A stretch of DNA of 63,258 nt, counting the filler, from Bigelowiella natans CCMP2755 (lineage: Eukaryota; Protista; Cercozoa): assembly GCA_000320545.1 (NCBI GenBank). It is 9 parts of 9 records of this genome, joined end to end, with 100 filler letters (N's around TTAATTAATTAA, not from the genome) between each part and the next. Parts side by side here need not be neighbours in the genome. Positions count along the whole stretch, not along the records: positions 42,003 to 50,027 come from ADNK01000903.1; positions 50,128 to 52,194 come from ADNK01002200.1; positions 52,295 to 61,275 come from ADNK01003529.1; positions 61,376 to 63,258 come from ADNK01002790.1; 5 more parts are not named here. One strand, written 5' to 3'. The position numbers and the translations under genes are program-made. Under the pieces are notes generated by a model. It had not been told where the DNA came from and searched no databases. It saw only the letters and a list, made by a program, of their open reading frames with translations. How positions within the stretch are numbered: the first letter of the stretch is position 1; each line of letters starts with the position of its first letter. Below are positions 49,917-63,225 of the stretch, piece after piece.

Positions 49917-50027
49917 ATTAAATATACAAATACACATAATTAAATTTAACCTTGAACGGAAAAATATTAAATATATTTATTAACACATTCAAAAGAGGAT
50001 TCACTCTTCTTGTATTAAATCCTTTTG

Positions 50028-50127
50028 NNNNNNNNNNNNNNNNNNNNNNNNNNNNNNNNNNNNNNNNNNNNTTAATTAATTAANNNNNNNNNNNNNNNNN
50101 NNNNNNNNNNNNNNNNNNNNNNNNNNN
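50028..50127. other. Assembly spacer; right edge of viral contig
   Basis: Same N/linker structure. Confidence 0.98.
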
Positions 50128-51830
50128 TGTCCGCAGGGTTACATCGCCAGCAGTTCTAATCTTCCACGTCGCAGCAGAGAACGAATTCTCCCTGTGCTTT
50201 TGCTTCTCGATATATACGAGGATATCTTGCACATGATAATTCGGCCAACCGCTTCTGCTACTAGTACTACTAGTACTACTACCAGTAGTAGTACTATTAC
50301 TACACGGAGCAATATTGTGATGGCTACCATCATCCAGAATGTCCTCTGTTGGATCGATTTCCTTCTCCTCTTGCCCCTCGTCATCATGGCTACAGCCGTC
50401 GACAAAGAGGCGGGTTAGAAGGGGGGAGACAAGACACTGTGTTCTTATTAACTTGTTTCGCCGAAAATAAGACGAGCTAGGAGACCCATCCTCAGCTCTC
50501 TACTTGTTGTGTTGTTGTGCATCATGATCATCACGATGCATCAGGATCACCATCATCATTTCCGAATAAATATTCAAATTATCACAGAGAGAAGAGGGGC
50601 ACATTTCAGATGTCGAAGCATCGCTACGCTACAAGGGTGGCGGCGGGGCGGCGGGGGGGGGCATGCTCGCTCTGCAAACTTGCTGACTAGAGCGACACTC
50701 ATCTCAATGCTGTTTTCGGCTGTTGCATTAACATCGCAGCTGTCTTGCGTGCACGTACTAATGGCCCTCCTCATCGTCGAGATCCTGCAGCTCTTCCTCC
50801 CACATACGCCGTGGTGGGCCTTCTACGTGGTGGTGGTGGTGGCAGAAATGAGCAATATCAAACCCGCCACGTTATTATTCGCAATGAAGATACTCGCTCT
50901 CGCCGTATCGTAAAGGACAAAATGACCAAAAAAAGAACGCATAGTAGCCATTAAGCGCCTTCCCCTCCTCCTCCTCCTCCTCCTCCTCCTCCTGCTCCTC
51001 CTCGTCGTCGTTGTCGTCGTCATCGTCGATGGCTAAAGCACGCATACATGCACATCTACTACCCCCGCCGTGCAGTTTCTTCTCGGCGACGCGACGTGAA
51101 ATCTCCGTCTGAGGCAGCAGCGGAAAGCAATGCGAGGAAGAGGGGAGTGTGTGGACATTATTTACGCAACAATCACATAGATTGTATACCAGCCCTATCA
51201 TTGTTTCTCATGCTTTTAGAGCAGTACTTTGCCCCCCCGCCCCCTCCTCGCCCTCCTCCTCCTCCTCCTCTTCTTGTTCGATGTGATCACTACCTCTTGC
51301 GACCCATAAATTTCGTTGCCTGGCAGCATCAACAGTGAGTCGAGAGGGGGGGGGGGCAAGAAGAGAACATCACGACAAAGAAAATATGATACAAAATTGT
51401 GCTCAGGCGGAGATATGAGGTACGTAATCTCCTGTTGGTCATGACATGGCAAGGCGACTAGCCGATTGATGTTCTTTCAAACCCGCAAGATTATTATGAA
51501 ATTCATTGTCATAATATCATCATCATTATCACTCGATCGTGACGACTTCGCAATGCGATTTAAAAAACAAACAACAAATGTTGTTCTATGGATATGAAGG
51601 TAGTGTAAGTAAAATCGGAGTACAGCAGCAGCAGCAGCAGCAGCAGCCAGCGCACGCACGCACGCACGGTTACACTCAAAATGGCACGTAAATACAATGT
51701 GCACGCGGGTATATAATACCGACTTCTTCGTGTATTATATATCATAGATTTTACCTATCAGGGCACAGCGAAATTCCATCTTGTTCTGTGTCAATGTCCC
51801 CGTTTTGTCCGTAAATATATACTCGACCTG

Positions 51831-51868
<38 letters not shown>

Positions 51869-51915
51869 ATTCATAATAGCATTGCCGTGCGTGCGCAGCT
51901 CGAAGACACACCTGT
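50128..51915 (-). CDS. Hypothetical spliced protein, internal fragment
   Basis: Exon-like segments with acidic runs, e.g. [23 protein letters not shown]. Confidence 0.3.
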
Positions 51916-52194
51916 CCAAGATCCTCATTGATTTGAGAGTTATTGACTTTTACGGGGCCCTTTTTGGAGTCGAACAGGTCAATATCGGATTCTAGCAGAA
52001 ATTGCTGCAGCCGTTTAACCACCTAACACAGGGAGGGGGGGGGGGGGGGGGGGGGGGGCCAAAAAAGGGAAAAATTTTGGTGGCCGGGGTTTTACTTAAA
52101 AAAATTTTACAAAGCTTAATTTTGGGGCCCCTTCTAAGGGGGAAAACCTTTCCCAATTTTAAGAAAGGGGGCCCCCAAAGGGGGTTCCCCTTTC

Positions 52195-52294
52195 NNNNNN
52201 NNNNNNNNNNNNNNNNNNNNNNNNNNNNNNNNNNNNNNTTAATTAATTAANNNNNNNNNNNNNNNNNNNNNNNNNNNNNNNNNNNNNNNNNNNN
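52195..52294. other. Assembly spacer; contig junction
   Basis: Same N/linker structure. Confidence 0.98.
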
Positions 52295-53400
52295 TCAACA
52301 GAGGTGTGCTCATCTTGTTGCTAGATAGGGAAGAAATCAGCTGCGGAGAACTGCTGCCTTTTAAGTGAGGACCTCTTTAAACTGGCCTCTTTGCTCTGCG
52401 TCGTAGAGATAACTAGTTTAGCTGATTCAATCATATTCTCTGGGACGAAGGATGGGTGAAAAAGGCACTGGGTGTGTAAATGTAAGTGCGTATGTATCTT
52501 GGGGGAAGGGGGAGAGAGAGGAGAGAGCAAAGTAGAGTAAGAGGAAAGAAAAAGATCCATCAACGTACCCTCTGTCTTCTCTGCTTATTCAGCATCGCAG
52601 CATGCCGTGCGTGGCCGGTGTGGTGGTGAATATCGCGGGAGCTCCCGCTCCTATTTGACTCCGAATATCCAGCAGTCCTGATGAACCGCCTACTTGCATT
52701 CGCTGATTTGTTCCTAGTATTCCCCCGAAGATTCTCGTATCGACCAAGCAGAAGTCGTGCCTGGGAGAGGTTGTGCTGTGGTGTTGAGGCTCCTGATCTA
52801 AATTGGCCCATGCCCTCGCCATACCTTTTTACGTTCAAAGGATAGGGGGGCTTTGATGGGTGGTAGCGGCCTAAATTGGAGATTGCTATGCTGGATTTCG
52901 CTTGTGCTCTGAGAAATTATGACGCATGAAAGCCAATTTAGTTATCATGGAGCCACACTTTTAAAATATAGAAACTTTTCGATTCCTACATGTGTCCTTT
53001 GGTAAGAGATATGCCCCTGCATAACCGTCCGCCGCTGCTCTTTGCCTTTTCGATTTGGTAAGATATTGAGTTGGGGCTTAGTCGGTGCAACGTTAGTCGC
53101 TGTTGTGATGTGGGGGCATTGTATGCATGAGCGTGAATACCTGTCTTGTGGAGCTTCGGCTCGAAGAATTTGTCATCTACTCGTTGAAGCTTCTATTCGG
53201 CTTCTCTGCGTTCTTCTCCCCGTATCGTGCTTAATTTATGTTGATTAGCTAGAGCACAAAGTCTCCATCAATACGGTTGCTTCCCTTGTAAATCCAGCCT
53301 CTTTTTGTCGAGTATTGCACGACGAAGTCCTTTCGGAAATCTCAGCAGTCAGTCGAGAATGGTCCACACGCCCCAGCAGCGAATGTTCTCATGCAGGGGG
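52295..53400 (-). CDS. Hypothetical spliced protein, 5' part, divergent from DRG1
   Basis: Hydrophilic exon-like segments (ORF 52560-52838 and neighbours); no family recognised. Confidence 0.3.
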
Positions 53401-54391
53401 GAGAGGGATTGATGATCCGGTTTCAGCTTTAAATTTTGATTGAACGACGTGTAGAATATTAGCCAATCCTATTCAAATTATACACTACGACAACATCATA
53501 AATATGTTCTCAAACATTATAGACGGCGTATACGACTATGATAGTTCGAGATCGTTTCCACGCCGTCAATGCCCAACTCGATGCCTGTAGATTATGATCA
53601 GCGGCATGCAAATGATTATGTCGCATTACTAAATAGAAGGTATATTATGACTTTTTTGTTGAACGAGGATCAACTTGAGACCCAAATCAGAAAATGCCCA
53701 TTTTTTATATTAAGCGACATATTTTTTATTTAGTCGTAATGATTATTCTGATCCTTTACGGAGTTGTGAGATAATAGAAAAAGAATAGTATTAGTATAGT
53801 ACGACAAAGGATTTCACGCTCTTTTCAAGTTCAGAAGGATATCGCTCGTCAAGAAAGCTCAGCGACCTCTCCACCCCCCGGCTTTTGAAGGTTGTCCGTA
53901 GTTGCGGACTGTGCAATTTTGATATAGATCAATCTCTGAGCTTAGTTTGCTTTCGAATGAGTTCTGTCTTCTCAACGTAAATACCTTACACGATGAGGGT
54001 TGTAAGACGGAACCCTCCCCGAATTCGTCTTCCACGGCAAATGTGGAGAGCCAGGCCCCGAGGCAGAATTTTCCCAGATTTCATATCGTCTCAATTTCGA
54101 CCCCGTGATAGCGAGGGATGGGCTTTATTACTGATTTTCTTTATGACTGATGTTGCCCTCATTCGCCACCATTTAGCACAAGAAGGGTTTGCAACCAGTC
54201 CCGCCAACTGAGGTGTGCGGAGACGGACGAAGGAAGAAATCCTACCTAGGAAATTTAAGAGATAATTTATAAGGTGTCCCGCTATCCCAACTTATCATCC
54301 CCTCTATAACCGTGCACCTTATGTGATCAATTATCTTGAACACAATCACAGACACAGCCGGGAGCAGATTAGCAAGCAGCTCAACAACAAA

Positions 54392-55520
54392 ATGTCTTCC
54401 ACTACACAGCAGAAGATTAAGGAGATCGAGGAGGAGGTGATGATGCTATATCTCTATGATTAAAACAATGAAATTGGAAATCGAATTTTCTCGATGGCAA
54501 CGCGCACTAATCTGGCATATAACTACCACCTCCACCGCCACTACCATCAGATGGCCCGCACCCAAAAGAACAAGGCGACATCTGCACATCTGGGTATGCT
54601 AAAAGCAAAGCTCGCTAAGCTCAAGCGGGAGCTCATTGCTCCAAAAGGAGGCGGCGGGGGAAAACCTGGAGAAGGTGGCGATTTGAAGACGAAGACAACA
54701 TGAAATATATTGCTTATGCGATAATTTGCTCGCTGACGTTTTTCCTGGCCATGCCTGCTACCCATTCCTTGCATTTTAAAGTCACCACCCCCCCGCCACG
54801 AAAACGACCTGCTTCCATCGTAGCTAAATTATTATCGTATATCGTGTGGGAAATCGCGTCTCTGAACCTGCTTGGGAAATGATGTTTTGGCGACTGGTGT
54901 TTCTGTACCCCCATCGTTCATCAGGATTCGACGCAAAGAAGGCGGGAGATTGTCGTGTGGGTTTAGTTGGTAAATATATACGCCCCACCTCCTAGCGTTG
55001 TGTTGTCCATTGTTGGCGTCGCCATTGCCAACACCTTCCTCTATTTTCATCGGTTTGAACAGGTTTTCCCTCCGTCGGAAAGTCAACATTGATGAGCAAG
55101 CTCACAGGAACCGAGTCGCTGGCTGCTGCGTACCACTTCACGACGCTCACTTGTATCCCAGGTAGGTGTGTGCGTGCGTGCGTGCGTGTGTGTGTATGTG
55201 CGCGCGCGCGAGCGCGCGACATGTCGTGCCACGCAGGAGGGTTGGATGGAAGAAGAAAAGACACTCCACCAAGCCTCCCTTTCCGCAACGATTTTGTTAA
55301 AAACTCAGCCCCTTCCCTTCGACACCACAAAGCAGCAGCAGCCAAATAATTGTGGCTCTCCCCCCCCGCGCTCCCCTCCGCCCCCTGCACGCCCGCCTTT
55401 TCTTTTATCTTATGTGATCGGTAGGGACCTTCCGGTATAAGGGCTGTAAGATTCAATTGCTTGACCTCCCTGGGATCATCGAAGGAGCAAAAGATGGCAA
55501 AGGAAGAGGTCAGCGAGTCA

Positions 55521-55558
<38 letters not shown>

Positions 55559-56975
55559 CTTGTGACGATACATAGTCACATCATCCTCGATTCCCCTTCT
55601 TCTCTCCCTCCCCCCCCTCCCTCCTTAATTGGCGGGTATATTAATATTGTTTTTTGCTTTTGCTGATACGCCTCCGCAGGTCGCCAGGTGATAGGTGTCG
55701 CAAGAACATGCAATCTTATCCTCATCGTGCTAGACGCTTCCCAGCCTATGACGCATAAGTTGCTGATAGAGGTAGGAGACGACGGTCGCTCATCGCTCTC
55801 TTTCCTCCGCCATCTAACTATCGCGGGGATAGAAACCGTCGCGCGCGCCGATTATGTTGGTTTTTTCCTTCCCTTCGCAAAAATCTTTCTGTGGCTGTCG
55901 GCACTTGCCGCAAGGATTGGATTTTGCCAAAAAAAAAAGCCCGCCCCCCTACGATGCCCCCCTACATATAAAGCGCTTTCACAGCAGGAAGACAGCTTGG
56001 CCTTTGGCTTACGCCTTGCACTCATAACATACATCAGAAAGAACTGGAGGGTTTCGGCATGAGGTTGAACAAGAAGAAGCCGGACATTCGATTCACCAAG
56101 CGCAACAAAGGTAGTAGTGCTGCTGGGATAGCGGGAGCCTCCCCGAGCCAGCACGCACGCAGCGGGATGGGGGGGGGTTGGGCGGACATTATTCTCGGCG
56201 GTTGTCTCATTGCTCAAGAAATTTTGCGGGGGGGGGTAAGGGGGGGGGAGAGATCCTATTCCAAAACATCTTCAGAAATCGTAAACGACGATAAAAATGC
56301 CCTCCTCCCCCCACCCCCTCCCCCAACAATTTGCCTAGGTGGAATCACCTACTCGACGATAGGGTGCAAGCTGACCCACCTTGACAAGAAAACCATCACG
56401 GCCATCTGCAAGGAGTACCGCTGCTCCAACGCGGAGATCTGCTTCAAGTGCGACGCGACAATCGACGAGCTCATCGACGTGGTGGAGGGAAACCGAGTCT
56501 ACGTGCCGTGCATTTACGTCCTGAACATGATAGATAAGATAACGATAGAAGAGCTTGACCTGCTCTCCCAGGTGGTGGCGCTGACGTGTTGTATAGAAAT
56601 GCATACGGATGAAAGGGAGGGTGGAAAGCAGAGTAGTCGTGATAGCAGCCCTTCAGCAGCAGCAGCGATAGCACCTCATCGTCCTTGCCGTCCATTGATC
56701 TCAGTTGTTGTTGTAGCTTATTTATGTTGTCTTTCTGATACAAATGCATATGTTGGATAAAGGTCCCTCATTACGTCCCTGTGAGCGGCGGCCACGAGTG
56801 GAACTTCGATCTGCTCAGGGAGAAGATGTGGGACTACCTCGACTACATCAGAATGTAGTACATCGTGGCATCGCGGCGGCGATCTCTTTTGTCGTTATTT
56901 GTTTGCTCTCGATAGCAACGAGGCATGCGCTGTGTTGATGATGACTTTCTCAAAATAACATATGTGTGTATATTA

Positions 56976-57042
<67 letters not shown>

Positions 57043-57827
57043 ATGTATTTGTGCTCAAGACCTGAGGGTCATTCGAGCAATCCGCCCTTCCTCCCCTTCC
57101 CAAAATCCACCCCTTTATCTTTCTCCCTTGATCGGTCTTATCCGGTTGGTGAAATCTCCTTCTCATTTTCCTCGTTCCCGTTGTCCTCGTCATCACAGCT
57201 ACACGAAGCCGCGCGGCCAGATTCCTGATTACAGCGCTCCTGTTGTCATTTCTCGAAAAGGCGCTACGGTATATATATCTTGAATTGGGTGGTGGCGAAG
57301 ACGACGACGACGACGATGATGATGATTATGATGATGAGAATGGTGATAGTAATGGTGAATGGTGATGGTGATTCCATACGCTAAAATGGGGGAAAATTGA
57401 AAGGTTGAGAAGTTTTGCCACCGAATCCACAAAGGGCTCCTGGAACAGTTCAAGAAGTAAGGGTTGCGCGCGCGCGCGTGTTGTGTGTGTGTGTGCGAGA
57501 GAGTGAGTGTGATTGTGAGTGCTTGTGCTTGGTTTTTATTTTAATACGATAATCTAAGTATCCCCGCTATCCTTTGTCCCTCTCCCATTTCCCCGGTGGA
57601 CTCGCATTCTTTCTCCTCTTCCTTTCTTTCATTTCCGAAGACGGCCTGGAAGGCGTTTTCGTTGTTGTCGCTTGCGTCGTGACTGTCATTTCGTGTGTTG
57701 TTGCATGTGTTGTCGTCGCAGCGCGTTGGTGTGGGGCTCAAGTGCCAAGCACAACCCGCAGAGAGTCGGCAAAGATCATAAACTAGCGGACGAGGATGTC
57801 GTTCAGATCATCAAAAAGATTAAGTAA
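54392..57827 (+). CDS. DRG1: Developmentally regulated GTP-binding protein 1 (Rbg1), ~12 exons
   Basis: QKIKEIEEE|[28 protein letters not shown]..|[19 protein letters not shown]|[19 protein letters not shown]|[13 protein letters not shown]..|[10 protein letters not shown]..|[32 protein letters not shown] (TGS domain). Confidence 0.96.
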
Positions 57828-58817
57828 CGTTATATGATGATGCGCTATCATTGTTCGAATGTCGTAACTACATATAACCACGCTTTTCTTGGTTAGTATC
57901 ATGCTGTCGCCTTATTTATTATGATGAGAATCCATCTTTTATTTACATGCATGTGCTCTCGTAAGTTTTCCTCAAATGTCTGCATCTGCAAATGTACCAG
58001 CGCACCTAGCATACGCGTACGTACTACGGAACCGTGCTCGGTCTTCACATGCACGAATTAGCTAGTCTAGTATGGTGCATGCTAGCATGCTAGCATGCTG
58101 CATGCTTGAATGCATAGGTCATTGATTGGCACGCGCAAACCTGGAATTTTACACTGCTTGATGGTGCTGATTGCATTGCATTAAACAAGAAGTGTCAGCA
58201 ATGCATCGTCGGAAATCTACTTAGCACACATTTTGATGTGGGTTGCGGCGCTTTGCTCGTTTACAATGAGCAAGTTGCTAGCTGCTAAATATCAAACTGG
58301 AAGCACTTGCGGATCATTTGTAGGAAATACGTGCGCACTCAATACGCACAGCTTTGCATGGCTGCACAAGGATGGCTAAATGGCAATTCGAAAACATAGA
58401 ACACATTAATAGCGACGACGCGTCGTACATCGTTGTATTGAGCACATACGCAATTTTTTCTACGTACTCGTTTGCAGTTTTGTCACTGCCTGCTGCACAA
58501 CAACAATAAGCGCGCTAGCGCGTAATGACCAAGATGAGCCTGCGCACCTCAAGCCAATGAGCAATATCTCCTAGTGCAACGACACACACAACAGCATGCC
58601 TAATCCAGTCTTGATAAAAGCAGAGACATCGCACGTGCATCATCAGCGCATGATTGTCTAGATTGTTATTGATGCTCGCGTAACAATATAAATACGACTA
58701 CAGAAGATTAATTAAAAGCATTGAACAAACACACATGTCGTCTAGTCGGCCGTGACGCCGTGCATTGCGATGCTGGCCTCGCTCATCACCGCCAATGATG
58801 CAATGAGTCGGAGGCGC

Positions 58818-59219
58818 TCATATTCGCTCCCTCACCCAATCGCCCTTGCGCTCGGAGTCATGAATTCGCTCCGTCGGCCAGTAGTAGGAGTCCATCTTCA
58901 GCGTGATCATTCTCTTATGCCCCTGGAGGGTGACTATCTTCATCCTAATCGAAGTTCCATCCGCTTTATCCTTCACGCACGACAGAAATGCGTCAAGGTC
59001 CCTCGTCGGTTTGCCGTCCACTTCCACGATTCCTACAAAGAGGCGAAGAGGAAGCGGTTTCAATCGTAGTTTTGCTGACAACGACAGGAGGATACAAGTG
59101 TGCGGCTGGCTGCCAGGCGAGTCTACTGCTTCCCCCATCAGCAATACATGTGCCCGAAATCGTTTGTCCATGCTCTCTGTGTTCTCTCTCTCTTTCTATT
59201 ATTATATGTGTGCATATAC

Positions 59220-59259
<40 letters not shown>

Positions 59260-59488
59260 GTACTGCCGTACGTGATGTTGGGAGAAGACGGTATCGCTCA
59301 GCTGGAGACCCCTTCATAAAATTCGCAACATACACTCCTGCGACAAAAAAAATATTAACCGCAATGAGAGATAATACAATAATCTCGGAGAGGGTACGAC
59401 CTAACAAGGGCGGCGGCAATATGAGCGCCAAGTAAACAGATACGATAACAATGACAGCGAAAATGATGTGTTTCGTAAGAATGTCGGA

Positions 59489-59525
<37 letters not shown>

Positions 59526-60323
59526 TAACATGCACGTTTGAACGTACCCTCCATCGGAATGCCGTATTGATGACAGGCCTAAAATAAAGGACAGCTTCCC
59601 TCACAAAACGTTAAAATACAACGCACATAACCAACGAATCGTCGCTGTTTCTAGCTAGTATAGAGACCCACGACCTTGGCTTCATTATGACCAAATACGA
59701 TATGGTTTATACATAGAAATCTTTTCCATAAAGGAAATTTATAATATGATTCGCTTCGAGTTGCAATGCTCACCGCAAATGGTGGTTTCTGTAACGAAGC
59801 TCCTCCAAATAGCACGATATCATCGTCCTGACGTGTTTAATGGCAGGCACAAACACACACGCGCGCGCACGCACACTACGCATCAGATAAAAGACCAAGG
59901 GGCACATGAAAATGACGATACGTTAATGCAACACACGCAACAATCGTGTCCTCTAAGTCGCCACCATAATACAGTAACATCTCGCCTTTTTAGCTGTTTT
60001 TTGGCTTCTCACCATCGTTGAGTTGGAGAGATCAGCGGTCTTGACCTATCACCGAGTGTGAATAAAAAGTAGTAGAAGAAATCATGCACACGCTGCCTTG
60101 ATTTCAGGTCCATTAACCAAAATGCGTTGCGTTACTGCTACCTCAATATCGTGCTCTTTGCCGTCTCTGAAAATCGTGCACTTGACCGTGCCGTTTGCAG
60201 CCCCCTCTCCTCTTTCCGCACCGCTCGTGTATCGCTCGACGGAGGACTCGGCGGCTCGGAAGCTATGGACAATTTCGTCGTTCACAGCCATTAGCAGATC
60301 GCCTGATATACACAGCATGCTTA

Positions 60324-60360
<37 letters not shown>

Positions 60361-61140
60361 CATTGCATGTACGCGTGCGTTGTGTATGTGTGTGTAGATG
60401 TGTACTTTTTACCGTTAACTTGATTTTAGTTATTATATGCCAAATCCCCTCCCTCTGCCCCCCCCCCTTAAAACTCTCACAGACCACATCTCTCTCTCTC
60501 TCACTCACACACACACACACACACACACACATCTACACACAGACACACCCACCATCCTTCAGCTTCTTCGACGCATCCGTCCCCCCCCAACGACGCCTCA
60601 CAGCGAAGACAGAAGGTGGAAACGTCTGCTTGCTCATGGCGAGGTAGATCGCCTGCGGATAGAGTCCATTTCCAAGCGACGACATGCACACATCACACCA
60701 CCACCACCAGCAGTAGAGAGAGGGCATTCAATGAGATCAGATCTTCAAGGCGCGCACTCGCTTCTAAACACTTCGCAACGGTGATGCCTCCTTCCACCGT
60801 GCAGGCCATTGCCCAACAAAGAGGGGGGAGGGGTGGGGGCGACGCAAGGTGTACGCAAGCCCCCCTCCCATCATCCCCGCTGTTCAATATTGACGAATTC
60901 GGTTTTTCCTCACAATAAAATCGAAAATCATTAGTATCAGCGGGTGGGGGGGAAAGCGACCGATTTGAGCCAGAGGTCATTAGCGACGCCGAGAACGCCT
61001 AGTTCCTTGGCAGTAGCAAGCGAGATCTTCTCAAGCTCGACTCCAAGAGCGCGTATGCTGAGCGAAGATTGAGCCCCAGCTTTGCCTCCCTCAGCGGCGC
61101 TCGGCAAGGTACTATCTTCCCCCTTCTGCAGCTTCTGACG
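58818..61140 (-). CDS. NMA111: Nma111/DegP7-like HtrA serine protease, C-terminal PDZ-like region, 5' truncated
   Basis: RALGVELEKISLATAKELG, GDLLMAVNDEIVHSF..TIFRDGKEHDIEV, GVYVANFMKGSPAERYRL, VEVDGKPTRDLDAFL..ITLKMDSYYWPT. Confidence 0.82.
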
Positions 61141-61204
61141 TGCTGCAGGGGGGATGGGGGGGGGGGGGAGGGGGGGGAGGGGGAGGACGTGTCATGATGC
61201 TGAA

Positions 61205-61244
<40 letters not shown>

Positions 61245-61275
61245 GAGAGGAGGAGAGAGAGAGAGAGAGAGAAGA

Positions 61276-61375
61276 NNNNNNNNNNNNNNNNNNNNNNNNN
61301 NNNNNNNNNNNNNNNNNNNTTAATTAATTAANNNNNNNNNNNNNNNNNNNNNNNNNNNNNNNNNNNNNNNNNNNN
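61276..61375. other. Assembly spacer; contig junction
   Basis: Same N/linker structure. Confidence 0.98.
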
Positions 61376-62063
61376 AATTAAACATCAAAAGTACTTCGGT
61401 CAACCAACCATGGAATCTCGCATCTCGCAGCCCCCAGATTTCAGTAGAGAAACATCCTTTTCTGCCTGCGCGAGGAAGGGGGAGCGCGCACATTCGTTGT
61501 TTTTCATAGTATCTACATCTATAAACATATATATATAATATTTAAAAATAACCAAAATATTCCCCTCCCCCCCCCCTTACACTTCTACCCGTTGTCCAAG
61601 GTCATAGAATTCCGACTCGCCTTTGAGGGATCCTATTTGGGGTTGTCGTAACAAGTCATTTTCCTTATCGTATTCATTGAGAAGCTCCTTGCCCCCCCCA
61701 CTCCCCCCGCACCCCCTTCTCTCTACTAACCATCGAAGTCCGGAGCGGAGGAGGGCTTGGGGGGGAGAGAGCCAGATCTTCGCACTTTGGATGATGGAGG
61801 GTGGTTCTCCTCCCCAGCATCATTATCATCATCTTCATCTCCAAGGAAATCATCGTCATAATCATACTCCTTTTTCTTGGGTCGCGCTAGGGACGAGGTA
61901 GGAGGGGGAGGTTGGGGCACACACGAGGCTGATCTCAGTAGAAGAAACTATGAAACACTACGAATGTCTCCGCTCCCCTTCTAGCTACTTACTTACTTTA
62001 ACTTTATCTACTTAATTTCTTTCAAAAATATTCACTCTGAAGCAGGAGAAAGGGGGAAAGATG

Positions 62064-62101
<38 letters not shown>

Positions 62102-62700
62102 CGTGTGCATGTGTGCATGCATACATGATAGTCAGACAATAAACGACTAGGAAACATGCCTCTGCATCAAAAACCGAAATTGCGCGGCAAGACAAGAATT
62201 ACTCGGTATAATCTCGTCACTCGAGCTTCCGAGGTCGCCAGACTTTCTCCCTGCGAGCCTCTTAGCCCCTCCAAATTTGACAACCCTGCGCCGTCGAGCA
62301 TTGTCATCGCCAACGCTCTCTCTCCGGCCTCCACCTAGCGCCGTTCCCTTCCCTCTTTTTTGGTCGGTAAAAGACACGTGCTGCTCGCCCTCACCCCCGA
62401 AGACATCGCCCACGCTGTTGTTTCGGCCTCGTCGTCGTCGTCGATCTAGGGAGGGAGGGAGGAAGGGAGAGAGAGAGGGAGGGAGGGAGGAATAATCACA
62501 ATTTACAAAGTACACGTATTGCTCCTTTAAGCATGATTAGTGCCGTCATCGTCATCATCATCATCATCACCATCATCATTATGGTCTCAATGCTTCCTGT
62601 AATCACTCATCGTGGTGGGCATAGCGGAGGCTCTCACCTGGAGGCACTTCGCTAGCAGCTCGCCGGTTTGCTCCGGTGATGCGCCGCGCTCGAGAACGTG
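61376..62700 (-). CDS. Hypothetical spliced low-complexity protein, internal fragment
   Basis: Hydrophilic exon-like ORFs 62147-62515 and 61726-61920. Confidence 0.3.
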
Positions 62701-63171
62701 GTCACCCCGTTTTGAGGGCCATACGAATATGGCCTACAAATGAATGAAAAGGAATCGACTTTCAGCGATGCATCTTGTTCTCATCCCCATCTCTCTCCCT
62801 GGGGAGGGGTGTCGGTCTCCCCCCCCCCCGCAGGGAAGGTCAAGGAGATAAAAATTTTCCCGAAAGAAAATCCCCCCCCCCCCCCCCCCCCTCCCCCACA
62901 AAATGATGCCCAAAAGCGAAAGGATACTACAATTTATGTTGGACTTCGCATCTAACAACACCCACAACGGCGACTACAGCGATGGTGGTAGGCATATGGC
63001 AGAAAGGAAGAATGATGATAATAATGATGATGGTGATCGTGGTGGTGGTGTGTGCAAATGCGTTGTTTCCTGAGTGCTTATTATGGGTGGCTTGGTACGA
63101 TGGTTCTGGGACCTTTTTTGTTTCGCGCTGCCTTTTCCCTGCGCAGCCGCGCCATCTCCGCCTAAAAAGGG

Positions 63172-63225
<54 letters not shown>

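Larger units (their letters stand above)
42003..50027. mobile_element. Virophage (Maveriviricetes/Lavidaviridae-like) or related Polinton-like virus genome fragment
   Basis: Abrupt AT-rich, intronless, gene-dense contig without host-type microsatellite introns; virophage-type packaging ATPase; fibre gene; repeated TCTA promoter motif; capsid and protease genes not within the contig. Confidence 0.85.

Noticed and set aside
42003-50027. Viral contig considered as organellar, nucleomorph or bacterial DNA
   Set aside because: No housekeeping genes, tiny introns or clear Shine-Dalgarno pattern; the ATPase, fibre and TCTA motif fit a virophage-like element better
52030-52194. Homopolymer-rich odd sequence after poly-G, also ~39240-39420 and ~62800-62930
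   Set aside because: Looks like read-quality decay after G/C homopolymers, so likely a sequencing artefact
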